DNA from: Escherichia phage vB_EcoM_G2248
Sequence record: MK327932.1
Length of the DNA stretch: 64,000 bases
Strand: one strand, 5' to 3'
The first letter of the stretch is position 1; each line of letters begins with the position of its first letter. Below are positions 20,636-33,743 of this stretch, piece after piece. A program made the position numbers and the translations under genes. The notes below the pieces were generated by a model. That model searched no databases and was not told where the DNA came from. It saw only the letters and a list, made by a program, of their open reading frames with translations.

Positions 20636-21568
20636 ATGTCAGGATATGTAACCAATAACCCAAGAGAATTAAAAGACGCTATTCTGCGTCGTTTAGGCGC
20701 ACCAGTAATTAACGTAGAAGTCACAGAAGACCAGATTTACGATTGTATTCAGAGAGCACTAGAACTCTATGGGGAATATCATTTCGATGGTGTGAATAAA
20801 GGATATAAAGTATTTCGTGTTAGTGCAGAGCAAGCGCAACACGGGGTATTTGATTTAAGCGATTCTGGAGTATTCGCAGTAACTAAAATAATTCGAACAA
20901 ACGTAGGTAGCGCGGCTACGATGGATGGTACTGCCGTTTATCCGTGGTTTACTGACTTTCTGTTGGGTTTAGCGGGTGTAAATGGCGGTTTAGGATCTGG
21001 CTGTAGTAAATTTTATGGTCCAAATGCAATGGGCGGTGATCTGGGATATTTCGAACAGCTTATGAGCTATCGCGCAACTATGCAAAACATGCTTAATCCT
21101 CTTCCCGATTACTGGTATAACAGCGCAAACGGACAACTTAAGATTACAGGAAATTTTCGAGAAGGTGATCTCATTGTTGTTGAATTATATGTTAAAAGCT
21201 ATGTAGATGTTCCTGATATGATCGGCGCGGTTGCTGGCTATGCCCATGCAGGAGGATGTTCTACCGCTGGCGGGATTAGTGCCGTTTATGATAACCCAAC
21301 CGCAGGATTGAGCGGTATTTCGGCAGGAATGGGACCAATTAGAGAAAACAAACAGGGCGCATATAATAACCGTTGGGTGAAAGATATGGCTACCGCTTTC
21401 ACTAAGGAGGTGTGGGGGTCCATCATGGCTAAACATCAAGGTCTGCAATTACCTGGCGGTGTCACTGTTGATGGTATCCGAATCATTGAAGAAGCACGCG
21501 CCGATATTGAGAAATTGCGACAAGAACTAGAATTATTAGATCCTCCGTTCGGCATCCTCATGATTTGA
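20636..21568 (+). CDS. 13: gp13 neck protein
   Basis: 310 aa (T4 309 aa), synteny. Confidence 0.75.
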   Translation: MSGYVTNNPRELKDAILRRLGAPVINVEVTEDQIYDCIQRALELYGEYHFDGVNKGYKVFRVSAEQAQHGVFDLSDSGVFAVTKIIRTNVGSAATMDGTAVYPWFTDFLLGLAGVNGGLGSGCSKFYGPNAMGGDLGYFEQLMSYRATMQNMLNPLPDYWYNSANGQLKITGNFREGDLIVVELYVKSYVDVPDMIGAVAGYAHAGGCSTAGGISAVYDNPTAGLSGISAGMGPIRENKQGAYNNRWVKDMATAFTKEVWGSIMAKHQGLQLPGGVTVDGIRIIEEARADIEKLRQELELLDPPFGILMI

Positions 21569-21604
21569 TTTATTGGGGGAGTATTCCCCCATTTGGAGTA
21601 ACAT

Positions 21605-22345
21605 ATGTTTAACAACACTCTTTTTGCTCGCCTTGAATCGCAAAAGGATTATGAGAATACACGACAAACAGAGATTCTTAATCCTTATGTGAACTTTCAC
21701 AAATATACAAATACTCAGACGTTAGCCGACGTTATGGTCGCCGAAGCTATTCAGATGCGAGGTGTAGAATTATATTACATCCCTCGTGAATTTGTCAAAC
21801 CAGATATGATATTTGGTGAGGATGTTCAAAGCAAATTTACTAAAGCATGGAAATTTGCGGCTTATATTAACTCATTTGATGGGTATGAAGGAGCGGGTAA
21901 CTTCTTCTCTAGTTTCGGTTATCAAGCCAATGATGAACTAACTTTTACGGTTAACCCCAACCTATTCAAGCATCAAGTAGATGATCAAGAGCCAAAATCA
22001 GGTGACTTGATTTATATTCCAATGAGTAATGATTTATTTGAAATCTCATATGTAGAGCCATATCAGCCGTTTTTTCAGGCTGGCAAAAATGCCATGCGTA
22101 AAATTATTGCAGAGAAATTCGTGTATAGCGGCGAGGAATTGCGACCAGAATTACAACGCAATGAGGGAATTAATGTTGATGAGTTTGCGGATCTGGACCT
22201 TGCACCGATCACTAATCTGGACGGATTAACAGATATCAACTTAGAACAGTACAAAGAAGATAAGCAATTCAGAAGCGAAGGACAAGATTTTATTGACCCG
22301 TTTGATCCTATTAATGGCAAGGGTTCACCTTTTGCTAATTTTTGA
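21605..22345 (+). CDS. 14: gp14 neck protein
   Basis: 246 aa (T4 256 aa), synteny. Confidence 0.75.
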   Translation: MFNNTLFARLESQKDYENTRQTEILNPYVNFHKYTNTQTLADVMVAEAIQMRGVELYYIPREFVKPDMIFGEDVQSKFTKAWKFAAYINSFDGYEGAGNFFSSFGYQANDELTFTVNPNLFKHQVDDQEPKSGDLIYIPMSNDLFEISYVEPYQPFFQAGKNAMRKIIAEKFVYSGEELRPELQRNEGINVDEFADLDLAPITNLDGLTDINLEQYKEDKQFRSEGQDFIDPFDPINGKGSPFANF

Positions 22346-22371
22346 TAAATACTCATAAACAAGGGGGTCAA

Positions 22372-23205
22372 ATGTTCGGTTGGCACTATAATTCGTCAAT
22401 TAGACGGTATATTGTATTGCTGGGTAATTTATTCTCCGGCGTACAAATTAAAAGGGTGCGTAGTGACGGTGAGCGGTTTATTAAAGTTCCTATCACCTAC
22501 GCAAAGAAAGAAAAATTCATGATGACTCTGGACAAATATAACAATATCTCAAGTGAGGAAGACGTAGCAAAGGTAGAAACTATTTTACCGCGCATGTGTC
22601 TTTCTTTGATTGATATGACATACGCCCAGAACTTTAAAACCAATATTGCAAATAAGACAGTACCAAAATATACAGCGGATGGAATCAGGAGCGTAACACA
22701 ATATAATCCTGTACCATATAAGTTTACTTTCGAGTTAGGGATTTATACGCGTAACGAAGATGATATGTTTCAGATAATTGAACAGATTCTTCCTTACTTC
22801 CAGCCTCATTTTAACTGTAAGATTAAAGAACTACACGGTAATGATGTATGGATTGATCGAGATATTCAGGTCACAATTAGTTCTATTACTCCAGATGAAC
22901 AGGTAGGCGAAGATAAGTTTTCTCGTCGTCGTCTTGAGTGGACCATTATGTTTGAGTTCATCGGGTTTATCTATCCTCCAGCTACTGACGTTAAGGGGGA
23001 AATCAGAACGATTTATCTTGATTTTCATGCTAATTCTCGTGAATTAAATCCTAGCGGTAATTTTGAATCTGTGGATCACGAGGTCGTTAAACGTGATGTT
23101 GAGCAAGAAGAATGGGATGGAACAATCAAAGAATCATATTCTAGTGATATTCCAATACCAGTTGCACCGACTCCACCGGGTCCACGTATTGTAAGAGAAT
23201 TTTAA
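22372..23205 (+). CDS. 15: gp15 tail sheath stabilizer / tail terminator
   Basis: start at ATG 22372 (AAGGGGG RBS); N-terminus MFGWHYNSSIRRY resembles T4 gp15; ORF track starts 30 nt upstream at 22342. Confidence 0.75.
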   Translation: MFGWHYNSSIRRYIVLLGNLFSGVQIKRVRSDGERFIKVPITYAKKEKFMMTLDKYNNISSEEDVAKVETILPRMCLSLIDMTYAQNFKTNIANKTVPKYTADGIRSVTQYNPVPYKFTFELGIYTRNEDDMFQIIEQILPYFQPHFNCKIKELHGNDVWIDRDIQVTISSITPDEQVGEDKFSRRRLEWTIMFEFIGFIYPPATDVKGEIRTIYLDFHANSRELNPSGNFESVDHEVVKRDVEQEEWDGTIKESYSSDIPIPVAPTPPGPRIVREF

Positions 23206-23218
23206 GAGGTATTTTATT

Positions 23219-25539
<2,321 letters not shown>

Positions 25540-25570
25540 CGATAATGCATAAAAAGATGAGGAAATTCTA

Positions 25571-27568
25571 ATGACTCTATTATCACCGGGTTTCGAAACG
25601 AAAGAAACTACTCTCTCCACTACCATTGTGCAATCTGCGACTGGTCGCGCGGCGCTGGTAGGTAAATTCCAATGGGGTCCAGCTTTCCAGATTGTTCAAG
25701 TAACTAATGAAGTTGAATTAGTTAATAAATTTGGTCAGCCGGATAATAACACCGCAGACTATTTCATGAGCGGGGCTAACTTCCTCCAGTACGGTAATGA
25801 CCTGCGTGTTGTTCGTGTCCTGAATAAAGCAAAAGCGAAAAACGCAACTGCACTGGCGGGTAACGTAGAATTTAATATTACCAACGAAGGTTCTAACTAC
25901 AAAGTAGGCGATACTATTAAAGTAAAATATAAAAACACCGATGTTGAGACTGGCGGTAAAGTTACTAAAATCAGCACAGAAGGTAAAATTAAGGGTATTT
26001 TTATCCCAACCAGGAAAATCATTTCTCTGGCTAAGTCTATTGGTGTTTACCCTAATCTGGATGGATTTACCGTAGAAATCACTTCCAGCACTGGTAACTC
26101 AACTGCGGCGATCACCATTTCCAAAATTGTTACCGATTCCGGTCTTCTCTTAACGGATCTGGAAACTTCCCGCGCCAATATCACCAATCAAGAATTTTTG
26201 ACTAAGCTCAAAAAGTATGATATGCCAGCGGTAAGTGCAATCTATGCGGGTGAGATCGGGGACTCTCTGGAAGTTGAAATTCTGGCACGTAGTGCGTTTA
26301 AGAACACCGCACCGGAACTGACAATGTATCCTTACGGCGGTACTCGCACCGCAGCACGCAACCTGATTCCATATGCACCGCAGAATGATAACCAGTATGC
26401 GTTTATTGTTCGTCGAGATGGTGTTGTGGTAGAATCCTATGTACTGTCTACTCTGAAAGGTGATAAAGACGTTTACGGAAATTCTATCTATATGGACGAC
26501 TTCTTCGCTCGTGGTGCTAGTCAGTACATCTATGCAACCGCTCAGGGTTGGGTAGATGGTTTCAGTGGCATTATCTCTCTTGCTGGTGGTGTTTCTGCGA
26601 ACGAAGCCAGCACGAGCGATCGCGAAAATGACCCGTTCATTGGTGCGATGATGCAAGGTTGGGATCTGTTCGCTGAACGCGAATCTATTCACGTAAACCT
26701 GCTGATTGCTGGTGCATGTGCTGGTGAGAGTGACGCATTCTCTACTGTACAGAAACATGCTGTTTCCATCGGTGATGAGCGTCAGGATTGCTTAGTGATG
26801 GTTTCTCCGCCGCGTAGCACCGTTGTTAATATTCCGGTGACTACCGCAATTGATAACCTGATTGCATGGCGCGAAGGAAAGAGCAATTACTCAGACAACA
26901 ACATGAACATTAATACCACTTACGCGGTTATTGATGGTAACTACAAATATCAGTATGACAAATACAACGACGTAAACCGTTGGGTTCCGTTGGCTGCTGA
27001 TATTGCTGGCTTGTGTGCTCGTACTGATGTTGTATCCCAGCCGTGGATGAGTCCGGCAGGTTATAACCGTGGTCAGATCATGAACGTGGTTAAGTTGGCT
27101 ATTGAGCCTCGCAAGGCGCACCGTGATCGTCTGTATCAGGCCGCAATTAACCCGGTAATCGGTGCTGGTGGTGAAGGGTTTATCCTGATGGGTGATAAAA
27201 CCGCTACGACTGTCCCTAGCCCGTTTGACCGCATTAACGTTCGTCGTCTGTTTAACATGCTGAAAAAGAATATCGGCGATTCAAGCAAATACAAACTGTT
27301 TGAAAACAACGATAACTTTACTCGCGCTTCCTTCCGTATGGAGGTTTCGCAATATCTCAGCACGATTCGCTCTCTGGGTGGCATTTATGACTTCCGAGTA
27401 CAGTGCGACACCACAAACAACACGCCGGATGTAATTGATCGTAACGAATTTGTTGCTAGTATGTTCATCAAACCAGCAAAATCGATCAACTATATCATGC
27501 TCAATTTCACTGCTGTTGCAACTGGTGCTGATTTTGACGAAATTATCGGTCCAGCTAACCAGGCATAA
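25571..27568 (+). CDS. 18: gp18 contractile tail sheath protein
   Basis: 665 aa (T4 659 aa), followed by tail tube gene. Confidence 0.9.
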   Translation: MTLLSPGFETKETTLSTTIVQSATGRAALVGKFQWGPAFQIVQVTNEVELVNKFGQPDNNTADYFMSGANFLQYGNDLRVVRVLNKAKAKNATALAGNVEFNITNEGSNYKVGDTIKVKYKNTDVETGGKVTKISTEGKIKGIFIPTRKIISLAKSIGVYPNLDGFTVEITSSTGNSTAAITISKIVTDSGLLLTDLETSRANITNQEFLTKLKKYDMPAVSAIYAGEIGDSLEVEILARSAFKNTAPELTMYPYGGTRTAARNLIPYAPQNDNQYAFIVRRDGVVVESYVLSTLKGDKDVYGNSIYMDDFFARGASQYIYATAQGWVDGFSGIISLAGGVSANEASTSDRENDPFIGAMMQGWDLFAERESIHVNLLIAGACAGESDAFSTVQKHAVSIGDERQDCLVMVSPPRSTVVNIPVTTAIDNLIAWREGKSNYSDNNMNINTTYAVIDGNYKYQYDKYNDVNRWVPLAADIAGLCARTDVVSQPWMSPAGYNRGQIMNVVKLAIEPRKAHRDRLYQAAINPVIGAGGEGFILMGDKTATTVPSPFDRINVRRLFNMLKKNIGDSSKYKLFENNDNFTRASFRMEVSQYLSTIRSLGGIYDFRVQCDTTNNTPDVIDRNEFVASMFIKPAKSINYIMLNFTAVATGADFDEIIGPANQA

Positions 27569-27603
27569 TCAGTAAATTAGCATAGATTAAAGGTTAAAAT
27601 CAA

Positions 27604-27627
27604 GCGGGGAGAAATCCCCGCTCTATT
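27604..27627 (+). terminator. stem-loop / attenuator after gp18 (GCGGGGAG-aaat-CCCCGC)
   Basis: perfect hairpin 27604-27621; near-identical hairpin after gp19. Confidence 0.5.
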
Positions 27628-27641
27628 AAGGAATATCAATT

Positions 27642-28136
27642 ATGGCACTCGATTTGAATGATATTACACGCGGTTTCGAGTCTGGCGATTTTGCTCGTCC
27701 TAACCTGTTTGAAGTTGAGATCCCGTATCTGGGGCAAAACTTTAAGCTGATGTGTAAAGCGGCAACTGTCCCGGCCGCAACCGTAGAAAAAATCGCTATC
27801 GGTTATCAAAACCGTAAAATTAACATCGCTGGCGACCGTGTATATGACGACTGGACCATCACTGTATTCAACGATGACGCACACAAGATCCGTGACGCTA
27901 TCGTTGCATGGAGCGATCAGACACATGGCACTGGATCGGCGATCACTGGTGCAACTCCTGCACAGTATAAGAAACAAGCTATTGTTCGTCAACTTAACCG
28001 TAACACCGAATCAACTAGCGAAAAAACATTGTACGGTATTTTCCCGACTAATGTCGGTGAAGTAACCCTCGATTGGGAACAAAACAACGAAGTTGAAACG
28101 TTTGAAGTTACTTTTGCTATCGATTGGGTAGAATAA
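27642..28136 (+). CDS. 19: gp19 tail tube protein
   Basis: 164 aa (T4 163 aa), between sheath and portal. Confidence 0.85.
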   Translation: MALDLNDITRGFESGDFARPNLFEVEIPYLGQNFKLMCKAATVPAATVEKIAIGYQNRKINIAGDRVYDDWTITVFNDDAHKIRDAIVAWSDQTHGTGSAITGATPAQYKKQAIVRQLNRNTESTSEKTLYGIFPTNVGEVTLDWEQNNEVETFEVTFAIDWVE

Positions 28137-28148
28137 ATATATTATCAT

Positions 28149-28176
28149 GCGGGGAGAAGTTCCCCGCTTAATTTCT
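28149..28176 (+). terminator. stem-loop / attenuator after gp19 (GCGGGGAG-aagtt-CCCCGC)
   Basis: perfect hairpin 28149-28167 followed by TTAATTT. Confidence 0.5.
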
Positions 28177-28194
28177 CCCAATTCGAGGTGAATA

Positions 28195-29760
28195 ATGTTT
28201 AGTAGATTAAAAATGCTTGCGCGTTGGGCTGATTTTGACAACGACAAATACGAAGAACAAATTAAAGATAAAGCAGAGTCTATAGCCGCACCTAAAAACA
28301 ATGATGGTGCTACGGAAGTAGAAATTAATGATAATTCACCTGCTAGCGCGTGGAACTCTCTTACCCAGCAATTTTACAGCACCGACCAGAAAATCAGTAC
28401 AACTAAGCAATTAGTTAACACATATCGCGGTTTGATGAATAACCATGAAGTCGAAAACGCTGTACAGAATATCGTTAACGATGCGATTGTATTTGAAGAC
28501 GGTCATGACGTTGTTTCATTAAATCTTGAGGCGACTGGCTTTAGTGAATCTGTAAAAGAGCGCATTCATGAAGAATTTAAAGATCTTTTAAACACTATCC
28601 AGTTTGATAGGCGCGGTCAGGATATGTTCCGTCGCTGGTATGTCGATTCGCGTATTTTCTTCCATAAGATCATCGGTAAAAACCCAAAAGATGGTATCGT
28701 AGAATTACGCCAGCTTGATCCACGTAATCTTGAATATGTTCGCGAGATCATTACAGAAGACACACCGGAAGGTAAAATTTATAAAGCAACGAAAGAATAT
28801 TTCATTTACACTGTAGTCAATAGCTCTTATTGCGCAGGTGGTCAAGTATTCTCTCCTAATAGTCGCGTTAAAATCCCGCGTAGTGCCATTACATACGCTC
28901 ATAGCGGCTTGATGGATTGCGATGATAAATATATCATTGGTTATTTGCATCGGGCTGTTAAGCCAGCAAACCAACTTAAACTGTTGGAAGACGCAATGGT
29001 CGTTTATCGTATCACGCGTGCACCTGAACGCCGAGTGTTCTTTATTGATACCGGAAACATGAACAACCGCAAGGCTGCACAGCACATGAACTCAGTGGCA
29101 CAGTCTTTTAAAAACCGCGTTGTTTATGATGCATCGACTGGTAAACTTAAAAACCAGCAAGCAAACCTATCAATGACAGAGGACTACTGGTTACAGCGTC
29201 GAGATGGTAAAGCAATCACCGATGTTACTACTTTACCCGGTGCATCTGGTATGAGTGATATCGATGATATTCGCTACTTTAACCGTAAATTGTATGAAGC
29301 GTTGCGTGTACCATTGTCCCGTAGTAATCTCTCTGATGCTAATATGGTTATTGGTGGTGATGGTTCAGAAATTACGCGCGATGAGTTGGAATTTTCGAAA
29401 TTCATTAGAACTCTGCAAACACAGTTTTCGGAAGTATTGCGCGATCCACTTAAATATAATCTGATCCTTAAAAATGTAATTACGGAAGACGATTGGGATC
29501 GTGAAATAAATAATATCAAGGTGGTTTTCCATCGGGACTCTTATTATACAGAAGTTAAAGACGCGGAAATTTTAGAACGTCGAATCGGTCTAATCGAACG
29601 TATCGCCCCTTACATTGGTAAGTATTTCTCTAACCAGACAGTGATGCGTGACATTCTGAAATATACCGATGACCAGATGGACACCGAGAAGAAACAGATC
29701 GAAGAAGAAGCGAACGATCCGCGCTTTAAACAAACTCCCGATGAAATAGAGGATTTTTAA
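28195..29760 (+). CDS. 20: gp20 portal vertex protein
   Basis: 521 aa (T4 524 aa), synteny. Confidence 0.85.
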   Translation: MFSRLKMLARWADFDNDKYEEQIKDKAESIAAPKNNDGATEVEINDNSPASAWNSLTQQFYSTDQKISTTKQLVNTYRGLMNNHEVENAVQNIVNDAIVFEDGHDVVSLNLEATGFSESVKERIHEEFKDLLNTIQFDRRGQDMFRRWYVDSRIFFHKIIGKNPKDGIVELRQLDPRNLEYVREIITEDTPEGKIYKATKEYFIYTVVNSSYCAGGQVFSPNSRVKIPRSAITYAHSGLMDCDDKYIIGYLHRAVKPANQLKLLEDAMVVYRITRAPERRVFFIDTGNMNNRKAAQHMNSVAQSFKNRVVYDASTGKLKNQQANLSMTEDYWLQRRDGKAITDVTTLPGASGMSDIDDIRYFNRKLYEALRVPLSRSNLSDANMVIGGDGSEITRDELEFSKFIRTLQTQFSEVLRDPLKYNLILKNVITEDDWDREINNIKVVFHRDSYYTEVKDAEILERRIGLIERIAPYIGKYFSNQTVMRDILKYTDDQMDTEKKQIEEEANDPRFKQTPDEIEDF

Positions 29761-29982
29761 ATGAAACAATTTATCGAAGCAATTAAAACTCGCGATCTAA
29801 CGCTGATCGAAAAAGAATTTGATAAGATCATGGAGGCTAAAAAAGCCCAGATCATCGAATCCCAGCGTGTCGAAATCGCATCCAGCGTCATGATCGAAGG
29901 TGAAGAAGAAAAAGACCTCGATGATGAGGACGACGAAGACGAAGATCGCAAAGACGATAAAAAAGACAAAGACGACGAATAA
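29761..29982 (+). CDS. 67: gp67 prohead core protein
   Basis: 73 aa with highly acidic C-terminal tail, after portal. Confidence 0.6.
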   Translation: MKQFIEAIKTRDLTLIEKEFDKIMEAKKAQIIESQRVEIASSVMIEGEEEKDLDDEDDEDEDRKDDKKDKDDE

Positions 29983-29994
29983 TAGGAAGCCAAC

Positions 29995-30402
29995 ATGATT
30001 AAAGATTTTACTCCTAAAGCTGACTTGGAAACTTTTCTGCCGGAAGCACAGGAAAAATTGGACATGTTGGCTATGTTTGAGTCAGAAGAACTATTGAAAA
30101 TCGTTGAAGGTATCGCCGAAGATGAGCCGGAATTGGCTGTAGCAATGCTGTCTATCATCGACGGAATCACTGTAAACGAGGCAATGGTTAAACATGTAAA
30201 CGCACGCGGGGAAGTTGCACGCAAGAAAGATCGCAAAACCCGTGAGCGCAATGCTTACATGACTACTGGCCTAAGCAAAGCTAAACGCCGTCAAATTGCC
30301 CGTCGTGCTGCAAAAACCAAACGTGCAAATCCATCTATCGAACGTCATGCGGAACGTAAGCGCAAAAAAGCAATGCGTAAACGTAAGGCGTTAGGATTAT
30401 AA
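29995..30402 (+). CDS. 68: gp68 prohead core protein
   Basis: 135 aa with basic C-terminus, synteny. Confidence 0.6.
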   Translation: MIKDFTPKADLETFLPEAQEKLDMLAMFESEELLKIVEGIAEDEPELAVAMLSIIDGITVNEAMVKHVNARGEVARKKDRKTRERNAYMTTGLSKAKRRQIARRAAKTKRANPSIERHAERKRKKAMRKRKALGL

Positions 30403-30413
30403 CAGGAAACAAC

Positions 30414-31109
30414 ATGGAAAAGAACGAATTACTGATCGAACAATGGGGCGTTCCTTGTGCTCGCGGTAGTTCGTCATTGCTTGAATCATTTGATGATAAG
30501 GCTACAGGAAATCTCTATATTCAAGGGATTTTCCTGCAAGCCGAAACAGTAAACCGTAATAAACGCTGGTATCCTCGCAGTGTTCTAGAAAATGCGGTTA
30601 CTAAATACATACATGAACAAGTTGAGACACATCAAGCTCTAGGCGAACTTAATCACCCAGCAAGAGCAATGCCAGATCCATCTAATGCTTGCATCATAAT
30701 TGAAAAATTGTGGTGGGAAGGTAATAACGTGATGGGTAAAGCCCGTGTCATTGAAGGGGATAAAGGCGCAGGTGATAAACTTGCTGCGCTGATTCGCGCT
30801 GGCTGGATTCCTGGCGTTTCCTCCCGTGGATTGGGTCGGTTGAAAGACTCTGGTCGCGGATACAATATTGTACAGGAAGGTTTTGTGTTGACGGTTGGTG
30901 TTGATGTTGTGTGGGGTCCGAGCGCACCAGATGCGTGGGTAACTCCGGTGGTTGAGTCAACGGATAGCGATTCTAGCGCGTCAGACGCACCAGAAAGCGA
31001 TAAAACCGAAAAAGTGACTAACCCTACAGCCTCACAACAAAACATCGTAGAATCGAATAATAGCGCGTTTATGGCGCTCGCGGAAGCGTTATCTAAACGC
31101 TATAAATAA
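30414..31109 (+). CDS. 21: gp21 prohead core protease
   Basis: 231 aa, synteny between 68 and 22. Confidence 0.75.
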   Translation: MEKNELLIEQWGVPCARGSSSLLESFDDKATGNLYIQGIFLQAETVNRNKRWYPRSVLENAVTKYIHEQVETHQALGELNHPARAMPDPSNACIIIEKLWWEGNNVMGKARVIEGDKGAGDKLAALIRAGWIPGVSSRGLGRLKDSGRGYNIVQEGFVLTVGVDVVWGPSAPDAWVTPVVESTDSDSSASDAPESDKTEKVTNPTASQQNIVESNNSAFMALAEALSKRYK

Positions 31110-31140
31110 TAACGTCGTTATCAACAAGAAGGTTATAACC

Positions 31141-31935
31141 ATGCTTAAAGAAATGCTGCTCGAAGAAGCAAAACAGATCACCGTAGACGTTGCTCTCGAT
31201 GACCTGTTTGAATCCGTCGAACTGTCGCCGGAAGTAAAAGAAAATTTTGGTACTATCTACGCTCAAGCGGTAAAAGCTAATGCCGTTGCACTGGCAGAAA
31301 GCCACATTGAAAAAATCGCCGCTAAAGCCGATGAACTGGTAGAATCAAAGGTCGAAGAAGCACGCACCGAGATTGAAACCAAACTGTACGAAGATGCAGA
31401 TAAATTCCTGAATCACTTAGGCGCTAAATGGCTGGCAGAAAATAAAGAAGCCGTTACCCGTAATATTAAAGCGGATCTGTGCGAATCCCTGATTGGTTCT
31501 CTGAAAGATGTTTTCGTTACTCACAATGTTGTAGTACCGGAAGAATCTGTGGACGTTGTTGCTGAACTGGACGAAGCACTCAAAGAAGAAAAAGAAAAAA
31601 CCTCTGAACTCTTTGATGCCAAACTGCAACTCGAAAGCGAAATTCGCGGCATGAAGCGTGAACAAGCGATCAATGAAAGCACTCGTGATCTTTCCGATAC
31701 CCAGAAAGAAAAAGTAACCGCGCTGATTGAAGGTCTGGAATATAGCGAAACTTTCGATAAGAAATTAACTGCAATTGTCGAAATGGTTGCTAAGAAAGAA
31801 GACAAACCAGCGAAGATTGAAGAATCACTAAATACTGATGCCGACAAGCTGAATGTTATTGCAGAAAATGTCGAAAAATCAGATAAAAAGGCAACTGTAG
31901 ATTCCGGCGTATCCCGCTACCTGAATTTCATCTAA
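31141..31935 (+). CDS. 22: gp22 prohead core scaffold protein
   Basis: 264 aa, highly charged E/K-rich helical sequence. Confidence 0.75.
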   Translation: MLKEMLLEEAKQITVDVALDDLFESVELSPEVKENFGTIYAQAVKANAVALAESHIEKIAAKADELVESKVEEARTEIETKLYEDADKFLNHLGAKWLAENKEAVTRNIKADLCESLIGSLKDVFVTHNVVVPEESVDVVAELDEALKEEKEKTSELFDAKLQLESEIRGMKREQAINESTRDLSDTQKEKVTALIEGLEYSETFDKKLTAIVEMVAKKEDKPAKIEESLNTDADKLNVIAENVEKSDKKATVDSGVSRYLNFI

Positions 31936-31953
31936 TGTAATTCAAATCTACTT

Positions 31954-31961
31954 TATAAATA
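31954..31961 (+). promoter_or_regulatory. late promoter box TATAAATA upstream of gp23
   Basis: exact TATAAATA ~34 nt upstream of ATG 31995. Confidence 0.65.
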
Positions 31962-31994
31962 CTTTAGGTTAACAACAAACAAGGTTTAAAGAAC

Positions 31995-33581
31995 ATGAAA
32001 ACTACCAAAGAACTGATGGAAAAATGGTCCCCGCTGCTGGAAAACGAAAAACTGCCGGAAATCGCAACTGCGTCTAAGCAGAAACTGGTTGCTAAAATTC
32101 TGGAATCTCAGGAAGCGGATTTTGCTGTAGACCCGATCTATAAAGATGAAAAAGTTGTTGAAGCATTTGGCGGCTTTATCACCGAAGCAGAAGTTGCTGG
32201 CGACCACGGCTATGATGCATCCAAAATCGCCGCAGGTCAGACTACTGGTGCAATCACCAACGTAGGTCCGGCTGTTATCGGTATGGTTCGCCGTGCTATC
32301 CCTAACCTGATCGCATTTGATATTTGTGGCGTTCAGCCGATGAGCACCCCGACTAGCCAGATCTTTGCAATCCGTTCTGTATACGGTGCTGATCCGCTTG
32401 CTGTTGGTGCTAAAGAAGCATTCCATCCGATGTACTCTCCGAATGCATTCCATAGCTCTCTGGCTGCTAAAGGTGCAACTGTAGGTTCTCCGCTGGGTAC
32501 GGCATTCCAGAAACTGGCTATGCAAAGTGCAATTCAGGCTGGCGATATCGTTCATCACACCTTCGCAGAAACTGGCATTGCATATCTGCAAAACGTTACC
32601 GCAGAAGCAGTAACTCCGCAGAAAGCAGGGCAGGAAAGCGAAGATGAAGTAGTAATGAAACTGATGGAAGAATGTAAACTGGTCGAAATCGCTTTCGGTA
32701 TGGCAACTTCCATCGCGGAAATTCAGGAAGGCTTTAACGGTTCTCAGAATAACCCGTGGGCTGAAATGTCAATGCGTATTGACAAACAGGTTGTTGAAGC
32801 GAAATCTCGCCAACTGAAAGCCCGTTACTCTATCGAAGTTGCACAGGATCTGCGTGCTGTACACGGTATGGACGCTGACGCCGAACTGAATGCTATTCTG
32901 GCTAACGAAGTTCTGCTTGAAATCAACCGTGAAATCGTTGATGTAATCAACTTTACCGCTCAGGTTGGTAAAACTGGTATGACTCAGACCGTTGGTTCTA
33001 AAGCTGGTGTATTTGACCTGCAAGACCCGATCGATACTCGCGGTGCTCGTTGGGCTGGTGAATCCTTCAAATCTCTGATCTACCAGATCGACAAAGAAGC
33101 TGCTGAAATCGCTCGTCAGACTGGTCGCGGTGCGGGTAACTTTGTTATCGCTTCCCGTAACGTTGTAAACATTCTGGCGTCTGCTGATCAGGGTATCAGT
33201 CTTGCTATGCAGGGTGCTGCAAAAGGTCTGAATACCGACACCACTAAAGCTGTTTTCGCTGGTGTTCTGGCTGGTAAGTACAAAGTATTCATCGACCAGT
33301 ATGCTCGTCAGGACTACTTCACCGTAGGTTACAAAGGCGACAACGAAATGGATGCTGGTATCTACTATGCTCCGTATGTTGCTCTGACTCCGCTGCGTGC
33401 AACTGACCCGCAGTCTTTCCATCCGGTTCTGGGCTTCAAGACTCGCTATGGCATCGGCATCAACCCGTTTGCTGACAGCAAATCCCAGGCGCCGTCCGCT
33501 CGCATCACCTCCGGTATGTTGAGCAAAGAAAGCGTAGGTAAAAACGCATACTTCCGCCGTGTATGGGTTAAAGGTTGCTAA
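31995..33581 (+). CDS. 23: gp23 major capsid protein
   Basis: 528 aa; N-terminus MKTTKELMEKWSPLLENEKLPEIA resembles T4 gp23 precursor. Confidence 0.95.
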   Translation: MKTTKELMEKWSPLLENEKLPEIATASKQKLVAKILESQEADFAVDPIYKDEKVVEAFGGFITEAEVAGDHGYDASKIAAGQTTGAITNVGPAVIGMVRRAIPNLIAFDICGVQPMSTPTSQIFAIRSVYGADPLAVGAKEAFHPMYSPNAFHSSLAAKGATVGSPLGTAFQKLAMQSAIQAGDIVHHTFAETGIAYLQNVTAEAVTPQKAGQESEDEVVMKLMEECKLVEIAFGMATSIAEIQEGFNGSQNNPWAEMSMRIDKQVVEAKSRQLKARYSIEVAQDLRAVHGMDADAELNAILANEVLLEINREIVDVINFTAQVGKTGMTQTVGSKAGVFDLQDPIDTRGARWAGESFKSLIYQIDKEAAEIARQTGRGAGNFVIASRNVVNILASADQGISLAMQGAAKGLNTDTTKAVFAGVLAGKYKVFIDQYARQDYFTVGYKGDNEMDAGIYYAPYVALTPLRATDPQSFHPVLGFKTRYGIGINPFADSKSQAPSARITSGMLSKESVGKNAYFRRVWVKGC

Positions 33582-33589
33582 TTAAACTC

Positions 33590-33616
33590 CGGTCGGGTGC
33601 AATGCCCGACTTTATC
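33590..33616 (+). terminator. terminator hairpin 1 after gp23 (GTCGGG-tgcaatg-CCCGAC)
   Basis: 6-bp perfect stem followed by TTTAT. Confidence 0.5.
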
Positions 33617-33649
33617 ATAAACCTTATGACAGTGTAAAGTGTTAATTCC

Positions 33650-33682
33650 AAAGGGAAGACTCGAAAGGGTCTTCCCTTTTTG
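33650..33682 (+). terminator. terminator hairpin 2 after gp23 (GGGAAGAC-tcgaaagg-GTCTTCCC + T5)
   Basis: 8-bp perfect stem and T5 run. Confidence 0.7.
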
Positions 33683-33697
33683 CGTATTATATCCCGT

Positions 33698-33705
33698 TAT
33701 AAATA
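33698..33705 (+). promoter_or_regulatory. late promoter box TATAAATA driving the inserted late module
   Basis: exact TATAAATA ~38 nt upstream of ATG 33744. Confidence 0.6.
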
Positions 33706-33743
33706 AGGTTGCAAGCCTATATTCTAAGGGGAGCGAAAATTAG

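Noticed and set aside
26150-26758. 202-aa minus-strand ORF inside gp18
   Set aside because: Entirely antisense to a confidently identified sheath gene, with no RBS or promoter context; treated as a chance ORF. The same applies to 32769-33422 in gp23, 9932-10348 in gp7, 43583-44059 and 41831-42391 in the large hoc-like gene, 57649-58251 in alt, and 30653-31045 in gp21.
29757-30251. 164-aa Ser-rich minus-strand ORF antisense to gp67/gp68
   Set aside because: Low-complexity mirror of the acidic GA-rich coding repeats of gp67/gp68; no start context.
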